From the NCBI RefSeq assembly GCF_003334815.1, contig NZ_QOWO01000008.1: a DNA stretch of 64,000 bases, one strand, 5' to 3'. Within the stretch, counting starts at the first letter, position 1. Every line of letters starts with the position of its first letter. Both the position numbers and the translations under genes were made by a program. This DNA is from Escherichia coli. Its GTDB lineage: Bacteria; Pseudomonadota; Gammaproteobacteria; Enterobacterales; Enterobacteriaceae. Of this stretch, positions 26,335-44,257 are shown one piece after another. The notes below the pieces were generated by a model that had not been told where the DNA came from, searched no databases, and saw only the letters and a program-made list of their open reading frames with translations.

Positions 26335-27540
26335 ATGTCATGGCAGCAATTCAAACACGCCTGGTTGATTAAATTCTGGGCACCCATCCCTGCGGTCATC
26401 GCGGCGGGTATTCTCTCCACTTACTATTTTGGCATTACTGGCACCTTTTGGGCTGTCACGGGTGAATTTACCCGTTGGGGCGGCCAGCTCCTGCAGCTGT
26501 TTGGCGTCCATGCTGAAGAGTGGGGTTATTTTAAAATTATCCATCTGGAAGGATCGCCATTAACCCGCATCGACGGGATGATGATCCTCGGCATGTTTGG
26601 CGGCTGCTTTGCCGCAGCGCTGTGGGCCAACAATGTCAAACTGCGCATGCCACGCAGCCGTATCCGCATTATGCAGGCCATTATTGGCGGTATTATCGCT
26701 GGTTTTGGCGCGCGTCTGGCAATGGGCTGTAACCTGGCGGCGTTCTTTACCGGTATTCCTCAGTTCTCGCTGCATGCCTGGTTCTTTGCCATCGCCACTG
26801 CCATTGGTTCATGGTTTGGCGCACGCTTTACCCTGCTGCCCATCTTCCGTATTCCCGTGAAAATGCAGAAAGTTTCTGCCGCCTCACCGCTGACGCAAAA
26901 ACCGGATCAGGCGCGGCGTCGTTTTCGTCTCGGGATGCTGGTCTTTTTCGGCATGCTGGGCTGGGCGCTGCTCACGGCGATGAACCAACCCAAACTGGGG
27001 CTGGCAATGCTGTTTGGCGTCGGCTTTGGTTTACTGATTGAACGTGCGCAAATCTGCTTTACTTCGGCGTTCCGCGATATGTGGATCACCGGACGTACCC
27101 ACATGGCGAAAGCAATCATTATTGGTATGGCGGTGAGTGCCATCGGGATCTTCAGTTACGTACAGTTAGGTGTTGAACCCAAAATCATGTGGGCGGGACC
27201 AAACGCGGTAATTGGTGGTTTACTGTTTGGTTTTGGCATCGTGCTGGCAGGCGGCTGCGAAACCGGTTGGATGTACCGCGCGGTAGAAGGTCAGGTGCAC
27301 TACTGGTGGGTCGGTCTGGGCAATGTGATCGGCTCAACCATTCTGGCGTATTACTGGGATGATTTCGCTCCGGCGCTGGCCACCGACTGGGACAAAATCA
27401 ACCTGCTGAAAACCTTTGGCCCGATGGGTGGCCTGCTGGTGACATATTTGCTGTTGTTTACTGCGCTGATGTTGATTATCGGCTGGGAAAAACGCTTCTT
27501 CCGCCGTGCGGCACCGCAGACTGCTAAGGAGATCGCATGA
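26335..27540 (+). CDS. yedE: YeeE/YedE family inner-membrane transporter (sulfur/selenium-related)
   Basis: 401-aa polytopic ORF; overlaps yedF start. Confidence 0.93.
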   Translation: MSWQQFKHAWLIKFWAPIPAVIAAGILSTYYFGITGTFWAVTGEFTRWGGQLLQLFGVHAEEWGYFKIIHLEGSPLTRIDGMMILGMFGGCFAAALWANNVKLRMPRSRIRIMQAIIGGIIAGFGARLAMGCNLAAFFTGIPQFSLHAWFFAIATAIGSWFGARFTLLPIFRIPVKMQKVSAASPLTQKPDQARRRFRLGMLVFFGMLGWALLTAMNQPKLGLAMLFGVGFGLLIERAQICFTSAFRDMWITGRTHMAKAIIIGMAVSAIGIFSYVQLGVEPKIMWAGPNAVIGGLLFGFGIVLAGGCETGWMYRAVEGQVHYWWVGLGNVIGSTILAYYWDDFAPALATDWDKINLLKTFGPMGGLLVTYLLLFTALMLIIGWEKRFFRRAAPQTAKEIA

Positions 27541-27770
27541 AAAATATCATTCCTGATTACCGTCTTGATATGGTGGGTGAACCCTGCCCTTATCCGGCAG
27601 TCGCAACCCTTGAGGCGATGCCGCAGTTAAAAAAAGGTGAGATCCTGGAAGTGGTGAGCGACTGTCCGCAGTCGATCAATAATATTCCACTGGATGCTCG
27701 TAATCACGGCTATACGGTGCTGGATATTCAGCAAGACGGGCCGACCATTCGTTATTTAATTCAGAAGTAA
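27537..27770 (+). CDS. yedF: TusA-like sulfurtransferase family protein YedF
   Basis: 77-aa ORF with TusA-like CPxP motif (GEPCPYPAV). Confidence 0.93.
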   Translation: MKNIIPDYRLDMVGEPCPYPAVATLEAMPQLKKGEILEVVSDCPQSINNIPLDARNHGYTVLDIQQDGPTIRYLIQK

Positions 27771-27878
27771 TCCCTCATTCCCGCTGTGGCCAACAGCGGG
27801 AATATCGTTGCCTCTGTACCACATAGATTTTACCCGCCCCCTCTCCTATTCTTTTCAGTGTGCTCTCAGGAGGTTGCT

Positions 27879-28547
27879 ATGTGTGGACGCTTTGCCCAAT
27901 CCCAAACGCGTGAAGATTACCTTGCGCTTCTCGCGGAAGATATTGAACGCGATATTCCCTATGATCCCGAACCCATTGGCAGATACAACGTCGCGCCGGG
28001 AACCAAAGTTCTTCTGCTCAGTGAACGTGATGAACACCTTCATCTGGATCCGGTTTTCTGGGGATATGCTCCCGGATGGTGGGATAAACCGCCGCTGATT
28101 AACGCCCGCGTAGAAACTGCGGCCACCAGTCGTATGTTTAAACCGCTCTGGCAACATGGTCGGGCAATCTGTTTTGCCGATGGCTGGTTTGAGTGGAAAA
28201 AAGAAGGCGACAAAAAACAGCCTTATTTTATCTATCGTGCTGACGGACAACCTGTTTTTATGGCCGCGATAGGTAGCACACCGTTTGAGCGCGGTGACGA
28301 AGCCGAAGGATTTTTAATTGTCACTGCAGCAGCAGACCAGGGTCTGGTAGATATTCATGACCGCCGCCCGCTGGTACTGTCGCCAGAAGCTGCGCGGGAA
28401 TGGATGCGGCAAGAGATTGGCGGTAAAGAAGCATCAGAAATTGCTACCAACGGCTGTGTGCCAGCAAACCAGTTCACCTGGCACCCGGTATCGCGCGCGG
28501 TAGGTAATGTCAAAAACCAGGGCGCGGAGTTAATTCAACCTGTTTGA
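27879..28547 (+). CDS. yedK: SRAP-domain abasic-site processing protein (SOS response-associated peptidase family)
   Basis: ORF track 27786..28547; start trimmed to MCGRFAQSQ (222 aa) with catalytic Cys2. Confidence 0.92.
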   Translation: MCGRFAQSQTREDYLALLAEDIERDIPYDPEPIGRYNVAPGTKVLLLSERDEHLHLDPVFWGYAPGWWDKPPLINARVETAATSRMFKPLWQHGRAICFADGWFEWKKEGDKKQPYFIYRADGQPVFMAAIGSTPFERGDEAEGFLIVTAAADQGLVDIHDRRPLVLSPEAAREWMRQEIGGKEASEIATNGCVPANQFTWHPVSRAVGNVKNQGAELIQPV

Positions 28548-28939
28548 TAAGCCAGGAGACTATTGATCAATAATACTGCGTCATAAGAAATCTCTATTAG
28601 ACAAAGTAGACGCTCCTTCCACATGCGCCACAAGAAACCTCTATTCCAGTGACACAATTACGCCTGATTATTTCCCTAGCCCGGAATATGAATAAAAACA
28701 TCAACAAAGATTAAATTATTCAAACGTTACTGTTGCGTCTGCGGTCGTAACAACATCCGACGTGGTGATGTGTATCAAATGAGGCCTCTGATGATCAGAG
28801 GGTTTATCGCGTATACGGATCGTGGATGGCAGAAAACTTTCAGAATCAGGTTTCCATTTTAAACCAGAAATTGAGTGAGTTTGCCCCATCCATGCCCCAC
28901 GCGGTGAGATCGGATGTAATTAACAACAGGTTACAAAAC

Positions 28940-29254
28940 CTACACCTGCATGCTCATCACTTCCTGATACGCCGCCACCAGCTTATTACGCACCTGAATC
29001 CCCATTTGCATAGAAACTGAGGCTTTTTGCATATCGGTCATCACATCGTTTAACGCCACGCCGGGTTCACCGAGAGTGAATTTTTCTGCCTGCGTGCGGG
29101 CAGCTGTTTGTGTATCACTAATGCGATCGAGCGCGGCGTGCAGCTGCCCGGCAAAACTAATGGTCGGTTGCGGCAGTGATTCCTGCGCACGCGCACTCAT
29201 CGCCGTAGCCTGTAACTGGCTGATAACCCCTTCAATCCCCTGTATCGCTGACAT
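28940..29254 (-). CDS. fliE: Flagellar hook-basal body complex protein FliE
   Basis: ORF track 28940..29284; start trimmed to [15 protein letters not shown] (104 aa). Confidence 0.95.
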   Translation of the reverse strand: MSAIQGIEGVISQLQATAMSARAQESLPQPTISFAGQLHAALDRISDTQTAARTQAEKFTLGEPGVALNDVMTDMQKASVSMQMGIQVRNKLVAAYQEVMSMQV

Positions 29255-29468
29255 TCTCGTCTCCCGGATAATTTCTGGTAGCAAAGCCTACCAGTAAGTC
29301 AATAAGACAAAGGCGCTAAATAACAACAAAAAAACGGGTTTATTGGCGGATAGAAAAAAACGAAAGCACAAATAATGGGAGCGTCAATTTTTCGAGTTTG
29401 CTGACCCGGGAGTGAGTCTTGTTCCACTTTGCCAATAACGCCGTCCATAATCAGCCACGAGGTGCGCG

Positions 29469-32793
<3,325 letters not shown>

Positions 32794-32794
<1 letters not shown>

Positions 32795-34167
32795 TGACCA
32801 CGCGCCTGACTCGCTGGCTAACCACGCTGGATAACTTTGAAGCCAAAATGGCGCAGTTGCCTGCGGTACGTCGCTATGGGCGATTAACCCGCGCTACCGG
32901 GCTGGTGCTGGAAGCCACCGGATTACAATTGCCGCTCGGCGCAACCTGTGTCATTGAACGCCAGAACGGCAGCGAAACGCACGAAGTAGAAAGCGAAGTC
33001 GTTGGCTTTAACGGTCAACGGCTGTTTTTAATGCCGCTGGAGGAAGTGGAAGGTGTCCTGCCCGGCGCGCGGGTTTATGCCAAAAACATTTCGGCTGAAG
33101 GACTGCAAAGCGGCAAGCAGTTGCCGCTCGGTCCGGCGTTATTAGGTCGCGTTCTGGACGGCAGCGGTAAGCCGCTCGATGGCCTGCCCTCCCCCGATAC
33201 GACGGAAACCGGTGCGCTGATTACCCCGCCATTTAACCCGTTGCAACGTACACCGATTGAACATGTGCTGGACACCGGCGTGCGCCCAATCAATGCCCTG
33301 CTTACCGTTGGGCGCGGGCAGCGTATGGGTCTGTTTGCTGGTTCTGGTGTCGGTAAAAGTGTGCTGCTGGGGATGATGGCCCGTTACACCCGCGCCGATG
33401 TCATTGTCGTGGGTTTAATTGGTGAACGCGGACGCGAAGTAAAAGATTTTATTGAGAATATCCTCGGTGCCGAAGGACGTGCACGCTCAGTGGTGATTGC
33501 CGCTCCGGCGGATGTGTCTCCACTCCTGCGAATGCAAGGTGCCGCCTATGCCACGCGCATTGCCGAAGATTTTCGCGATCGTGGTCAGCATGTGTTGCTG
33601 ATTATGGACTCCCTCACCCGCTACGCGATGGCCCAGCGTGAAATTGCGCTGGCGATTGGCGAACCCCCCGCCACCAAAGGTTATCCACCGTCGGTGTTTG
33701 CCAAATTACCGGCACTGGTCGAGCGTGCCGGAAATGGCATTAGCGGCGGCGGCTCGATTACCGCGTTTTATACCGTGCTCACTGAAGGCGATGACCAGCA
33801 GGATCCGATTGCCGACTCCGCGCGGGCGATCCTCGACGGTCACATTGTGCTGTCTCGCCGACTGGCGGAAGCCGGGCACTATCCGGCTATCGATATTGAA
33901 GCGTCGATCAGCCGCGCAATGACGGCGTTGATCAGTGAGCAACATTACGCGCGAGTGCGCACCTTTAAACAGCTGTTGTCGAGTTTTCAGCGTAACCGCG
34001 ATCTGGTTAGCGTCGGCGCGTATGCCAAAGGCAGCAATCCGATGCTCGATAAAGCCATCGCCCTGTGGCCGCAGCTGGAGGGCTATTTACAACAAGGCAT
34101 TTTTGAACGTGCGGACTGGGAAGCGTCTCTCCAGGGGCTGGAGCGTATTTTCCCGACAGTGTCATAA
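32794..34167 (+). CDS. fliI: Flagellum-specific ATPase FliI
   Basis: 457-aa ORF with Walker [14 protein letters not shown]; ATGA overlap with fliH. Confidence 0.97.
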
Positions 34168-34185
34168 CCCAGGAGATAACGGCAG

Positions 34186-34629
34186 ATGGCAGAACATGGC
34201 GCGCTGGCGACCCTGAAAGATCTGGCAGAAAAAGAGGTAGAGGATGCCGCGCGCCTGCTGGGTGAAATGCGTCGCGGATGTCAGCAGGCGGAAGAACAGC
34301 TCAAAATGCTGATCGATTATCAGAATGAATATCGCAATAACCTCAACAGCGATATGAGTGCCGGGATGACCAGCAACCGCTGGATCAACTATCAGCAGTT
34401 TATCCAGACGCTGGAAAAAGCCATTACTCAGCATCGCCAGCAACTTAATCAGTGGACGCAGAAAGTTGACATTGCCCTGAACAGCTGGCGAGAAAAGAAA
34501 CAACGTTTGCAGGCCTGGCAGACACTGCAGGAACGGCAATCCACGGCGGCACTGCTTGCAGAAAACCGCCTCGATCAGAAAAAGATGGATGAGTTCGCCC
34601 AGCGCGCCGCCATGAGGAAACCTGAATGA
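34186..34629 (+). CDS. fliJ: Flagellar export chaperone/stalk protein FliJ
   Basis: 147-aa coiled-coil ORF; synteny. Confidence 0.95.
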   Translation: MAEHGALATLKDLAEKEVEDAARLLGEMRRGCQQAEEQLKMLIDYQNEYRNNLNSDMSAGMTSNRWINYQQFIQTLEKAITQHRQQLNQWTQKVDIALNSWREKKQRLQAWQTLQERQSTAALLAENRLDQKKMDEFAQRAAMRKPE

Positions 34630-35753
34630 TTCGCTTAGCGCCCTTGATTACCGCCGACGTTGACACCACCACATTGCCTGGCGGCAAAGCCAGCGATACT
34701 GCACAAGATTTTCTCGCGTTGTTGAGCGAAGCATTAGCAGGCGAGACAACTACCGACAAAGCGGCCCCCCAGTTGCTGGTGGCAACAGATAAGCCCATGA
34801 CAAAAGGCGAGCCGCTGATCAGCGATATTGTTTCCGACGCGCAACAAGCGGATTTACTGATCCCTGTGGATGAAACACCGCTTGTCATCAACGACGAACA
34901 ATCCACATCAACACCGTTAACCACCGCTCAGACGATGACGTTGGCTGCGGTGGCTGACAAAAATACGACAAAAGACGAAAAAGCGGATGATCTGAATGAA
35001 GACGTCACCGCAAGCCTGAGCGCCCTTTTTGCGATGTTGCCGGGTTTTGACAATACGCCCAAAGTGACTGATGTGCCGTCAACCGTGTTACCGGCAGAGA
35101 AACCAACGCTCTTCACAAAACTGACTTCTGCGCAACTCACAACAGCACAGCCTGATGATGCCCCCGGCACACCAGCTCAGCCATTAACACCGCTGGTAGC
35201 AGAAGCCCAGAGTAAAGCGGAAGTCATCAGCACACCTTCACCGGTGACCGCTGCCGCCAGCCCGCTAATCACTCCACACCAGACACAGCCACTGCCCACC
35301 GTCGCCGCGCCTGTTTTGAGTGCACCGCTGGGTTCTCACGAATGGCAACAATCATTAAGCCAGCATATTTCGCTGTTCTCCCGCCAGGGGCAACAAAGTG
35401 CAGAGTTGCGTCTGCACCCGCAGGATTTAGGTGAAGTGCAAATCTCCCTCAAAGTGGATGATAACCAGGCGCAAATCCAGATGGTTTCACCACATCAGCA
35501 CGTACGCGCCGCCCTGGAAGCAGCGCTGCCGGTACTGCGTACGCAGCTGGCCGAAAGTGGCATTCAGTTAGGGCAAAGCAACATCAGTGGCGAAAGCTTT
35601 AGTGGTCAGCAGCAGGCCGCTTCCCAGCAACAGCAAAGCCAACGCACAGCAAACCATGAACCTCTGGCGGGGGAAGACGACGATACGCTTCCGGTTCCCG
35701 TCTCTTTACAAGGGCGTGTAACAGGCAACAGCGGCGTTGATATTTTCGCCTAA
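34626..35753 (+). CDS. fliK: Flagellar hook-length control protein FliK
   Basis: 375-aa Pro/Thr/Ala-rich ORF; overlaps fliJ stop. Confidence 0.95.
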   Translation: MIRLAPLITADVDTTTLPGGKASDTAQDFLALLSEALAGETTTDKAAPQLLVATDKPMTKGEPLISDIVSDAQQADLLIPVDETPLVINDEQSTSTPLTTAQTMTLAAVADKNTTKDEKADDLNEDVTASLSALFAMLPGFDNTPKVTDVPSTVLPAEKPTLFTKLTSAQLTTAQPDDAPGTPAQPLTPLVAEAQSKAEVISTPSPVTAAASPLITPHQTQPLPTVAAPVLSAPLGSHEWQQSLSQHISLFSRQGQQSAELRLHPQDLGEVQISLKVDDNQAQIQMVSPHQHVRAALEAALPVLRTQLAESGIQLGQSNISGESFSGQQQAASQQQQSQRTANHEPLAGEDDDTLPVPVSLQGRVTGNSGVDIFA

Positions 35754-35791
35754 CGTCAGAGGTAGCACCGTAATCCGCGTCTTTTCCCCGC

Positions 35792-35818
35792 TTTGTTGCG
35801 CTCAAGACGCAGGATAAT
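35792..35818 (+). promoter_or_regulatory. Sigma-28-type promoter upstream of fliL
   Basis: TCAA-gacgcaggataatta-GCCGATAA, perfect -10 and 15-nt spacer. Confidence 0.65.
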
Positions 35819-35857
35819 TAGCCGATAAGCAGTAGCGACACAGGAAGACCGCAACAC

Positions 35858-36322
35858 ATGACTGATTACGCGATAAGCAAGAAAAGCAAGCGATCGCTTT
35901 GGATCCCGATTCTGGTATTCATTACCCTCGCGGCCTGTGCCAGCGCAGGTTACAGCTACTGGCATTCGCATCAGGTTGCCGCTGACGACAACGCGCAGCA
36001 ACGCGTCGTGCCCTCACCGGTCTTCTACGCGCTGGATACCTTCACGGTCAATTTGGGCGATGCGGATCGCGTGCTTTATATCGGCATAACCCTGCGCCTG
36101 AAAGATGAAGCTACCCGCTCGCGGCTGAGTGAGTATTTGCCGGAAGTCCGTAGCCGTTTGCTGTTACTGTTTTCGCGTCAGGATGCTGCCGTACTGGCGA
36201 CAGAAGAAGGCAAGAAAAACCTGATTGCCGAGATTAAAACCACGCTTTCCACCCCGCTTGTTGCCGGGCAACCGAAACAGGATGTCACCGACGTGCTGTA
36301 TACCGCTTTTATTCTGCGATAA
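35858..36322 (+). CDS. fliL: Flagellar basal body-associated protein FliL
   Basis: 154-aa ORF with single N-terminal TM segment. Confidence 0.95.
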   Translation: MTDYAISKKSKRSLWIPILVFITLAACASAGYSYWHSHQVAADDNAQQRVVPSPVFYALDTFTVNLGDADRVLYIGITLRLKDEATRSRLSEYLPEVRSRLLLLFSRQDAAVLATEEGKKNLIAEIKTTLSTPLVAGQPKQDVTDVLYTAFILR

Positions 36323-36326
36323 CGAC

Positions 36327-37331
36327 ATGGGCGATAGTATTCTTTCTCAAGCTGAAATTGATGCGCTGTTGAATGGTGACAGCGAAGTCAAAGACGAACC
36401 GACAGCCAGTGTTAGCGGCGAAAGTGACATTCGTCCGTACGATCCGAATACCCAACGACGGGTTGTGCGCGAACGTTTGCAGGCGCTGGAAATCATTAAT
36501 GAGCGCTTTGCTCGCCATTTTCGTATGGGGCTGTTCAACCTGCTGCGTCGTAGCCCGGATATAACCGTCGGGGCCATCCGCATTCAGCCGTACCATGAAT
36601 TTGCCCGCAACCTGCCGGTGCCGACCAACCTGAACCTTATCCATCTGAAACCGCTGCGCGGCACAGGGCTGGTGGTGTTCTCGCCGAGTCTGGTGTTTAT
36701 CGCCGTGGATAACCTGTTTGGCGGCGATGGACGCTTCCCGACCAAAGTGGAAGGTCGCGAGTTTACCCATACCGAACAGCGCGTCATCAACCGCATGTTA
36801 AAGCTGGCGCTTGAAGGCTATAGCGACGCCTGGAAGGCGATTAATCCGCTGGAAGTTGAGTACGTGCGTTCGGAAATGCAGGTGAAATTTACCAATATCA
36901 CCACCTCGCCGAACGACATTGTGGTTAACACGCCGTTCCATGTGGAGATTGGCAACCTGACCGGCGAATTTAATATCTGCCTGCCATTCAGCATGATCGA
37001 ACCGCTACGGGAATTGTTGGTTAACCCGCCGCTGGAAAACTCGCGTAATGAAGATCAGAACTGGCGCGATAACCTGGTGCGCCAGGTGCAGCATTCACAG
37101 CTGGAGCTGGTCGCCAACTTTGCCGATATCTCGCTACGCCTGTCGCAGATTTTAAAACTGAAACCCGGTGACGTCCTGCCGATAGAAAAACCCGACCGCA
37201 TCATCGCCCATGTTGACGGCGTCCCGGTGCTGACCAGTCAGTACGGCACTCTCAACGGTCAGTATGCGTTACGGATAGAACATTTGATTAACCCGATTTT
37301 AAATTCTCTGAACGAGGAACAGCCCAAATGA
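36327..37331 (+). CDS. fliM: Flagellar motor switch protein FliM
   Basis: ORF track 36225..37331; start trimmed to MGDSILSQAEIDALL (334 aa). Confidence 0.96.
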   Translation: MGDSILSQAEIDALLNGDSEVKDEPTASVSGESDIRPYDPNTQRRVVRERLQALEIINERFARHFRMGLFNLLRRSPDITVGAIRIQPYHEFARNLPVPTNLNLIHLKPLRGTGLVVFSPSLVFIAVDNLFGGDGRFPTKVEGREFTHTEQRVINRMLKLALEGYSDAWKAINPLEVEYVRSEMQVKFTNITTSPNDIVVNTPFHVEIGNLTGEFNICLPFSMIEPLRELLVNPPLENSRNEDQNWRDNLVRQVQHSQLELVANFADISLRLSQILKLKPGDVLPIEKPDRIIAHVDGVPVLTSQYGTLNGQYALRIEHLINPILNSLNEEQPK

Positions 37332-37741
37332 GTGACATGAATAATCCGGCCGATGACAACAACGGCGCAATGGACGATCTGTGGGCTGAAGCGTTGAGCG
37401 AACAAAAATCAACCAGCAGCAAAAGCGCTGCCGACGCGGTGTTCCAGCAATTTGGCGGTGGTGATGTCAGCGGAACGTTGCAGGATATCGACCTGATTAT
37501 GGATATTCCGGTCAAGCTGACCGTCGAGCTGGGCCGTACGCGGATGACCATCAAAGAGCTGTTGCGTCTGACGCAAGGGTCCGTCGTGGCGCTGGACGGT
37601 CTGGCGGGCGAACCACTGGATATTCTGATCAACGGTTATTTAATCGCCCAGGGCGAAGTGGTGGTCGTTGCCGATAAATATGGCGTGCGGATCACCGATA
37701 TCATTACTCCGTCTGAGCGAATGCGCCGCCTGAGCCGTTAG
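37328..37741 (+). CDS. fliN: Flagellar motor switch protein FliN
   Basis: 137-aa ORF; overlaps fliM stop. Confidence 0.96.
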   Translation: MSDMNNPADDNNGAMDDLWAEALSEQKSTSSKSAADAVFQQFGGGDVSGTLQDIDLIMDIPVKLTVELGRTRMTIKELLRLTQGSVVALDGLAGEPLDILINGYLIAQGEVVVVADKYGVRITDIITPSERMRRLSR

Positions 37742-37743
37742 TG

Positions 37744-38109
37744 ATGAATAACCACGCTACTGTGCAATCTTCCGCGCCGGTTTCTGCTGCGCCACTGCTG
37801 CAGGTGAGCGGCGCACTCATCGCCATTATTGCCCTGATCCTCGCTGCTGCCTGGCTGGTAAAACGGTTGGGATTTGTCCCTAAACGCACTGGCGTTAACG
37901 GTCTGAAAATTAGCGCCAGTGCTTCGCTGGGCGCGCGTGAACGGGTTGTGGTGGTCGATGTGGAAGATGCACGGCTGGTGCTCGGCGTTACCGCAGGGCA
38001 AATCAATCTGCTGCATAAACTTCCCCCTTCAGCACCAACGGAAGAGATACCGCAGCCCGATTTTCAGTCGGTCATGAAAAACTTGCTTAAGCGTAGCGGG
38101 AGATCCTGA
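37744..38109 (+). CDS. fliO: Flagellar biosynthesis protein FliO
   Basis: ORF track 37741..38109; start set to [10 protein letters not shown] (121 aa). Confidence 0.93.
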   Translation: MNNHATVQSSAPVSAAPLLQVSGALIAIIALILAAAWLVKRLGFVPKRTGVNGLKISASASLGARERVVVVDVEDARLVLGVTAGQINLLHKLPPSAPTEEIPQPDFQSVMKNLLKRSGRS

Positions 38110-38846
38110 TGCGTCGTTTGTTGTCTGTCGCCCCTGTCCTTCTCTGGCTGATTACGCCCCTCGCCTTCGCGCAACTGCCGGGTATCACCAGCCAGCCGCT
38201 GCCTGGCGGTGGACAAAGCTGGTCGCTCCCGGTGCAGACGCTGGTGTTCATCACCTCGTTGACGTTTATTCCGGCAATTTTACTGATGATGACCAGTTTC
38301 ACCCGCATCATTATTGTTTTTGGTTTATTGCGTAACGCGCTGGGAACACCCTCCGCGCCACCTAACCAGGTATTGCTGGGGTTGGCGCTGTTTTTGACCT
38401 TTTTTATTATGTCGCCGGTGATCGACAAAATTTATGTCGATGCGTACCAGCCATTCAGCGAAGAGAAAATATCAATGCAGGAGGCGCTGGAAAAAGGGGC
38501 GCAGCCGCTGCGTGAGTTTATGCTGCGTCAGACCCGTGAGGCGGATTTAGGGTTGTTTGCCAGACTGGCGAATACCGGCCCGTTGCAGGGACCTGAAGCC
38601 GTGCCGATGCGCATTTTGCTCCCGGCCTACGTGACCAGCGAGTTGAAAACCGCATTTCAGATAGGCTTCACGATTTTCATCCCTTTTTTGATTATCGACC
38701 TGGTGATTGCCAGCGTGTTGATGGCATTGGGGATGATGATGGTCCCCCCCGCCACCATTGCTCTGCCCTTTAAACTGATGCTGTTTGTACTGGTGGATGG
38801 TTGGCAATTGCTGGTCGGTTCGCTGGCGCAGAGCTTTTACAGCTAG
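38109..38846 (+). CDS. fliP: Flagellar type III export apparatus protein FliP
   Basis: 245-aa membrane ORF; ATGA overlap with fliO. Confidence 0.97.
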   Translation: MRRLLSVAPVLLWLITPLAFAQLPGITSQPLPGGGQSWSLPVQTLVFITSLTFIPAILLMMTSFTRIIIVFGLLRNALGTPSAPPNQVLLGLALFLTFFIMSPVIDKIYVDAYQPFSEEKISMQEALEKGAQPLREFMLRQTREADLGLFARLANTGPLQGPEAVPMRILLPAYVTSELKTAFQIGFTIFIPFLIIDLVIASVLMALGMMMVPPATIALPFKLMLFVLVDGWQLLVGSLAQSFYS

Positions 38847-38855
38847 AGAGGCAAA

Positions 38856-39125
38856 ATGACACCTGAATCGGTCATGATGATGGGGACTGAAGCGATGAAA
38901 GTCGCGCTGGCACTGGCTGCCCCGCTATTGTTGGTAGCGTTGGTCACGGGCCTTATCATCAGTATTTTGCAGGCCGCCACGCAGATTAACGAAATGACGC
39001 TGTCGTTTATTCCGAAAATCATCGCCGTATTTATCGCCATTATTATTGCCGGACCGTGGATGCTCAATCTGTTGCTGGATTACGTCCGCACCTTGTTCAC
39101 TAACCTGCCGTATATCATCGGGTAG
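38856..39125 (+). CDS. fliQ: Flagellar export apparatus protein FliQ
   Basis: 89-aa membrane ORF. Confidence 0.96.
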   Translation: MTPESVMMMGTEAMKVALALAAPLLLVALVTGLIISILQAATQINEMTLSFIPKIIAVFIAIIIAGPWMLNLLLDYVRTLFTNLPYIIG

Positions 39126-39132
39126 CCGTACT

Positions 39133-39918
39133 ATGTTGCAGGTGACAAGCGAACAATGGCTATCCTGGTTAAGCCTGTACTTCTGGCCGTTACTGCGCGT
39201 GCTGGCGCTGATCTCCACCGCACCAATTCTGAGCGAACGCAGCGTGCCGAAACGGGTAAAACTGGGGCTGGCAATGATGATCACGTTCGCCATTGCCCCA
39301 TCATTACCTGCCAACGATGTTCCTGTTTTTTCGTTCTTTGCTCTGTGGCTGGCCGTACAGCAGATCCTGATCGGTATTGCGCTTGGTTTTACCATGCAAT
39401 TTGCCTTTGCCGCTGTGCGAACCGCTGGCGAAATTATCGGTCTGCAAATGGGGCTGTCATTTGCGACGTTTGTCGATCCGGCCAGCCATCTCAATATGCC
39501 CGTTTTAGCGCGTATCATGGATATGCTGGCGTTATTGCTGTTCCTGACATTTAACGGTCATTTATGGTTAATTTCACTGCTGGTCGATACCTTTCACACC
39601 CTGCCGATTGGTGGCGAACCGCTGAACAGCAATGCGTTTCTGGCACTCACCAAAGCAGGGAGTTTGATTTTCCTTAACGGGCTGATGCTGGCGTTACCGC
39701 TCATTACTCTGCTGCTGACACTGAATCTGGCATTAGGTTTACTTAATCGTATGGCCCCGCAATTATCCATTTTTGTTATTGGATTTCCATTAACTCTGAC
39801 TGTCGGCATCTCTTTAATGGCGGCATTAATGCCGTTAATTGCGCCTTTTTGCGAACATTTATTCAGTGAAATTTTTAATTTGCTGGCTGATATTATTAGT
39901 GAATTGCCATTAATATAA
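39133..39918 (+). CDS. fliR: Flagellar export apparatus protein FliR
   Basis: ORF track 39046..39918; start trimmed to [19 protein letters not shown] (261 aa). Confidence 0.95.
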   Translation: MLQVTSEQWLSWLSLYFWPLLRVLALISTAPILSERSVPKRVKLGLAMMITFAIAPSLPANDVPVFSFFALWLAVQQILIGIALGFTMQFAFAAVRTAGEIIGLQMGLSFATFVDPASHLNMPVLARIMDMLALLLFLTFNGHLWLISLLVDTFHTLPIGGEPLNSNAFLALTKAGSLIFLNGLMLALPLITLLLTLNLALGLLNRMAPQLSIFVIGFPLTLTVGISLMAALMPLIAPFCEHLFSEIFNLLADIISELPLI

Positions 39919-39943
39919 TTCCGTAACGTTTATCATGTTATCC

Positions 39944-39957
39944 TAAGGATTATCCGA
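39944..39957. promoter_or_regulatory. Candidate RcsAB box upstream of rcsA
   Basis: TAAGGATTATCCGA resembles the RcsAB box consensus TaAGaatatTCctA; rcsA autoregulation is established. Confidence 0.35.
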
Positions 39958-40207
39958 AAAATAATACCTACGAACATCTTCCAGGATACTCCTGCGGCGA
40001 AATATTTGTTTTAAGCTCACTCACATATCGCAACATTTACTTTACTTTAAGACAATTCCAGGCAAATTATACAACACTTTACGGGATAGTAAGTCCGCCT
40101 GGAAAATCGCGAGAGTGGCGCATTAGGTGACCCATGTTGTTCCGTTTAGTCATGATGAAATATTCAGGTAAGGGGAATTATCGTTACGCATTGAGTGAGG
40201 GTATGCC

Positions 40208-40831
40208 ATGTCAACGATTATTATGGATTTATGTAGTTACACCCGACTAGGTTTAACCGGGTATCTGTTGAGTAGAGGGGTTAAAAAAAGAGAAATCAAC
40301 GACATTGAAACCGTTGATGACCTTGCCATAGCTTGTGATTCACAGCGCCCTTCAGTGGTGTTTATTAATGAGGACTGTTTCATCCATGATGCTTCTAACA
40401 GTCAGCGCATCAAGCACATCATTAATCAACATCCCAATACGTTATTTATCGTTTTTATGGCAATTGCCAATGTTCATTTTGATGAATATCTATTGGTCAG
40501 AAAAAATTTATTGATCAGTTCTAAATCGATTAAACCGGAATCTCTCGACGATATCCTTGGCGATATTCTGAAAAAAGAGACAACGATAACCTCTTTTTTA
40601 AATATGCCGACGTTATCATTGAGCCGGACCGAATCGAGTATGTTGCGAATGTGGATGGCAGGTCAGGGAACCATTCAAATCTCTGACCAAATGAATATCA
40701 AAGCCAAGACCGTTTCATCGCATAAAGGTAATATTAAACGTAAGATCAAAACGCATAATAAACAGGTTATCTACCATGTCGTCCGACTGACGGATAATGT
40801 GACTAATGGTATTTTTGTCAACATGCGCTAA
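40208..40831 (+). CDS. rcsA: Capsule synthesis co-regulator RcsA (LuxR-type)
   Basis: 207-aa ORF with C-terminal LuxR HTH. Confidence 0.95.
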   Translation: MSTIIMDLCSYTRLGLTGYLLSRGVKKREINDIETVDDLAIACDSQRPSVVFINEDCFIHDASNSQRIKHIINQHPNTLFIVFMAIANVHFDEYLLVRKNLLISSKSIKPESLDDILGDILKKETTITSFLNMPTLSLSRTESSMLRMWMAGQGTIQISDQMNIKAKTVSSHKGNIKRKIKTHNKQVIYHVVRLTDNVTNGIFVNMR

Positions 40832-40837
40832 CACATT

Positions 40838-40862
40838 CTGACTGGTGGTTTCCCACCAGTCA
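40838..40862. terminator. Hairpin between convergent rcsA and dsrB
   Basis: ctgactggtgg-tttc-ccaccagtcag perfect inverted repeat. Confidence 0.5.
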
Positions 40863-40874
40863 GGCTGAATAAGA

Positions 40875-41153
<279 letters not shown>

Positions 41154-41225
41154 CTATACTTAAGAGATGCCAGGCGGACTTAACGACTGGCGGCAACAAC
41201 AGAGTAACGGTTGCGAGGAAAGATG

Positions 41226-41453
41226 ATGAAAACCGCAAAAGAGTACAGCGATACCGCAAAACGTGAGGTCAGCGTCGATGTCGATGCCCTGCTGGCGGCG
41301 ATCAATGAAATTAGCGAAAGCGAAGTTCATCGCAGCCAGAACGATTCTGAACACGTTAGCGTCGATGGACGTGAATATCATACATGGCGTGAATTAGCGG
41401 ATGCCTTCGAACTGGATATTCATGACTTCAGCGTCTCTGAAGTGAATCGTTGA
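41226..41453 (+). CDS. yodD: Stress-induced small protein YodD
   Basis: ORF track 41211..41453; start trimmed to MKTAKEYSDTAKREV (75 aa). Confidence 0.88.
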   Translation: MKTAKEYSDTAKREVSVDVDALLAAINEISESEVHRSQNDSEHVSVDGREYHTWRELADAFELDIHDFSVSEVNR

Positions 41454-41466
41454 ATGCACAATAAAA

Positions 41467-41553
41467 AAATCCCGACCCTGAGGGGGTCGGGATGAAACTT
41501 GCTTAAGCAAGAAGCACTTAAAAAATTCGTTACACCAGGAAATCTGATGTGTT
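41467..41553 (-). ncRNA. dsrA: DsrA small regulatory RNA
   Basis: Reverse complement reads AACACATCAGATTTCCTGGTGTAACGAATTTTTTAAGTGCTTCTTGCTTAAGCAAGTTTCATCCCGACCCCCTCAGGGTCGGGATTT, which I recognise as DsrA including its terminator hairpin. Confidence 0.92.
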
Positions 41554-41732
41554 CATCACCTTATCCGCAATTTTTTTCGCTGACAAGAAAATATTCGCCA
41601 TATGAATGATTAACGCTACTTATGAATAGAAATGTGACGCACGTCACCCCTTGGTGGCTCTGGCGTCAGCGGGATCGCTCCCGAAAAAATCATCTTTGAT
41701 AATTTGTGCTGTTTTGAGAATCATCCTGGTAA

Positions 41733-44257
<2,525 letters not shown>

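Noticed and set aside
28826-29020. 64-aa plus-strand ORF at the yedK-fliE gap
   Set aside because: Its 3' part is antisense to the fliE C-terminus and there is no ribosome-binding site; likely chance ORF.
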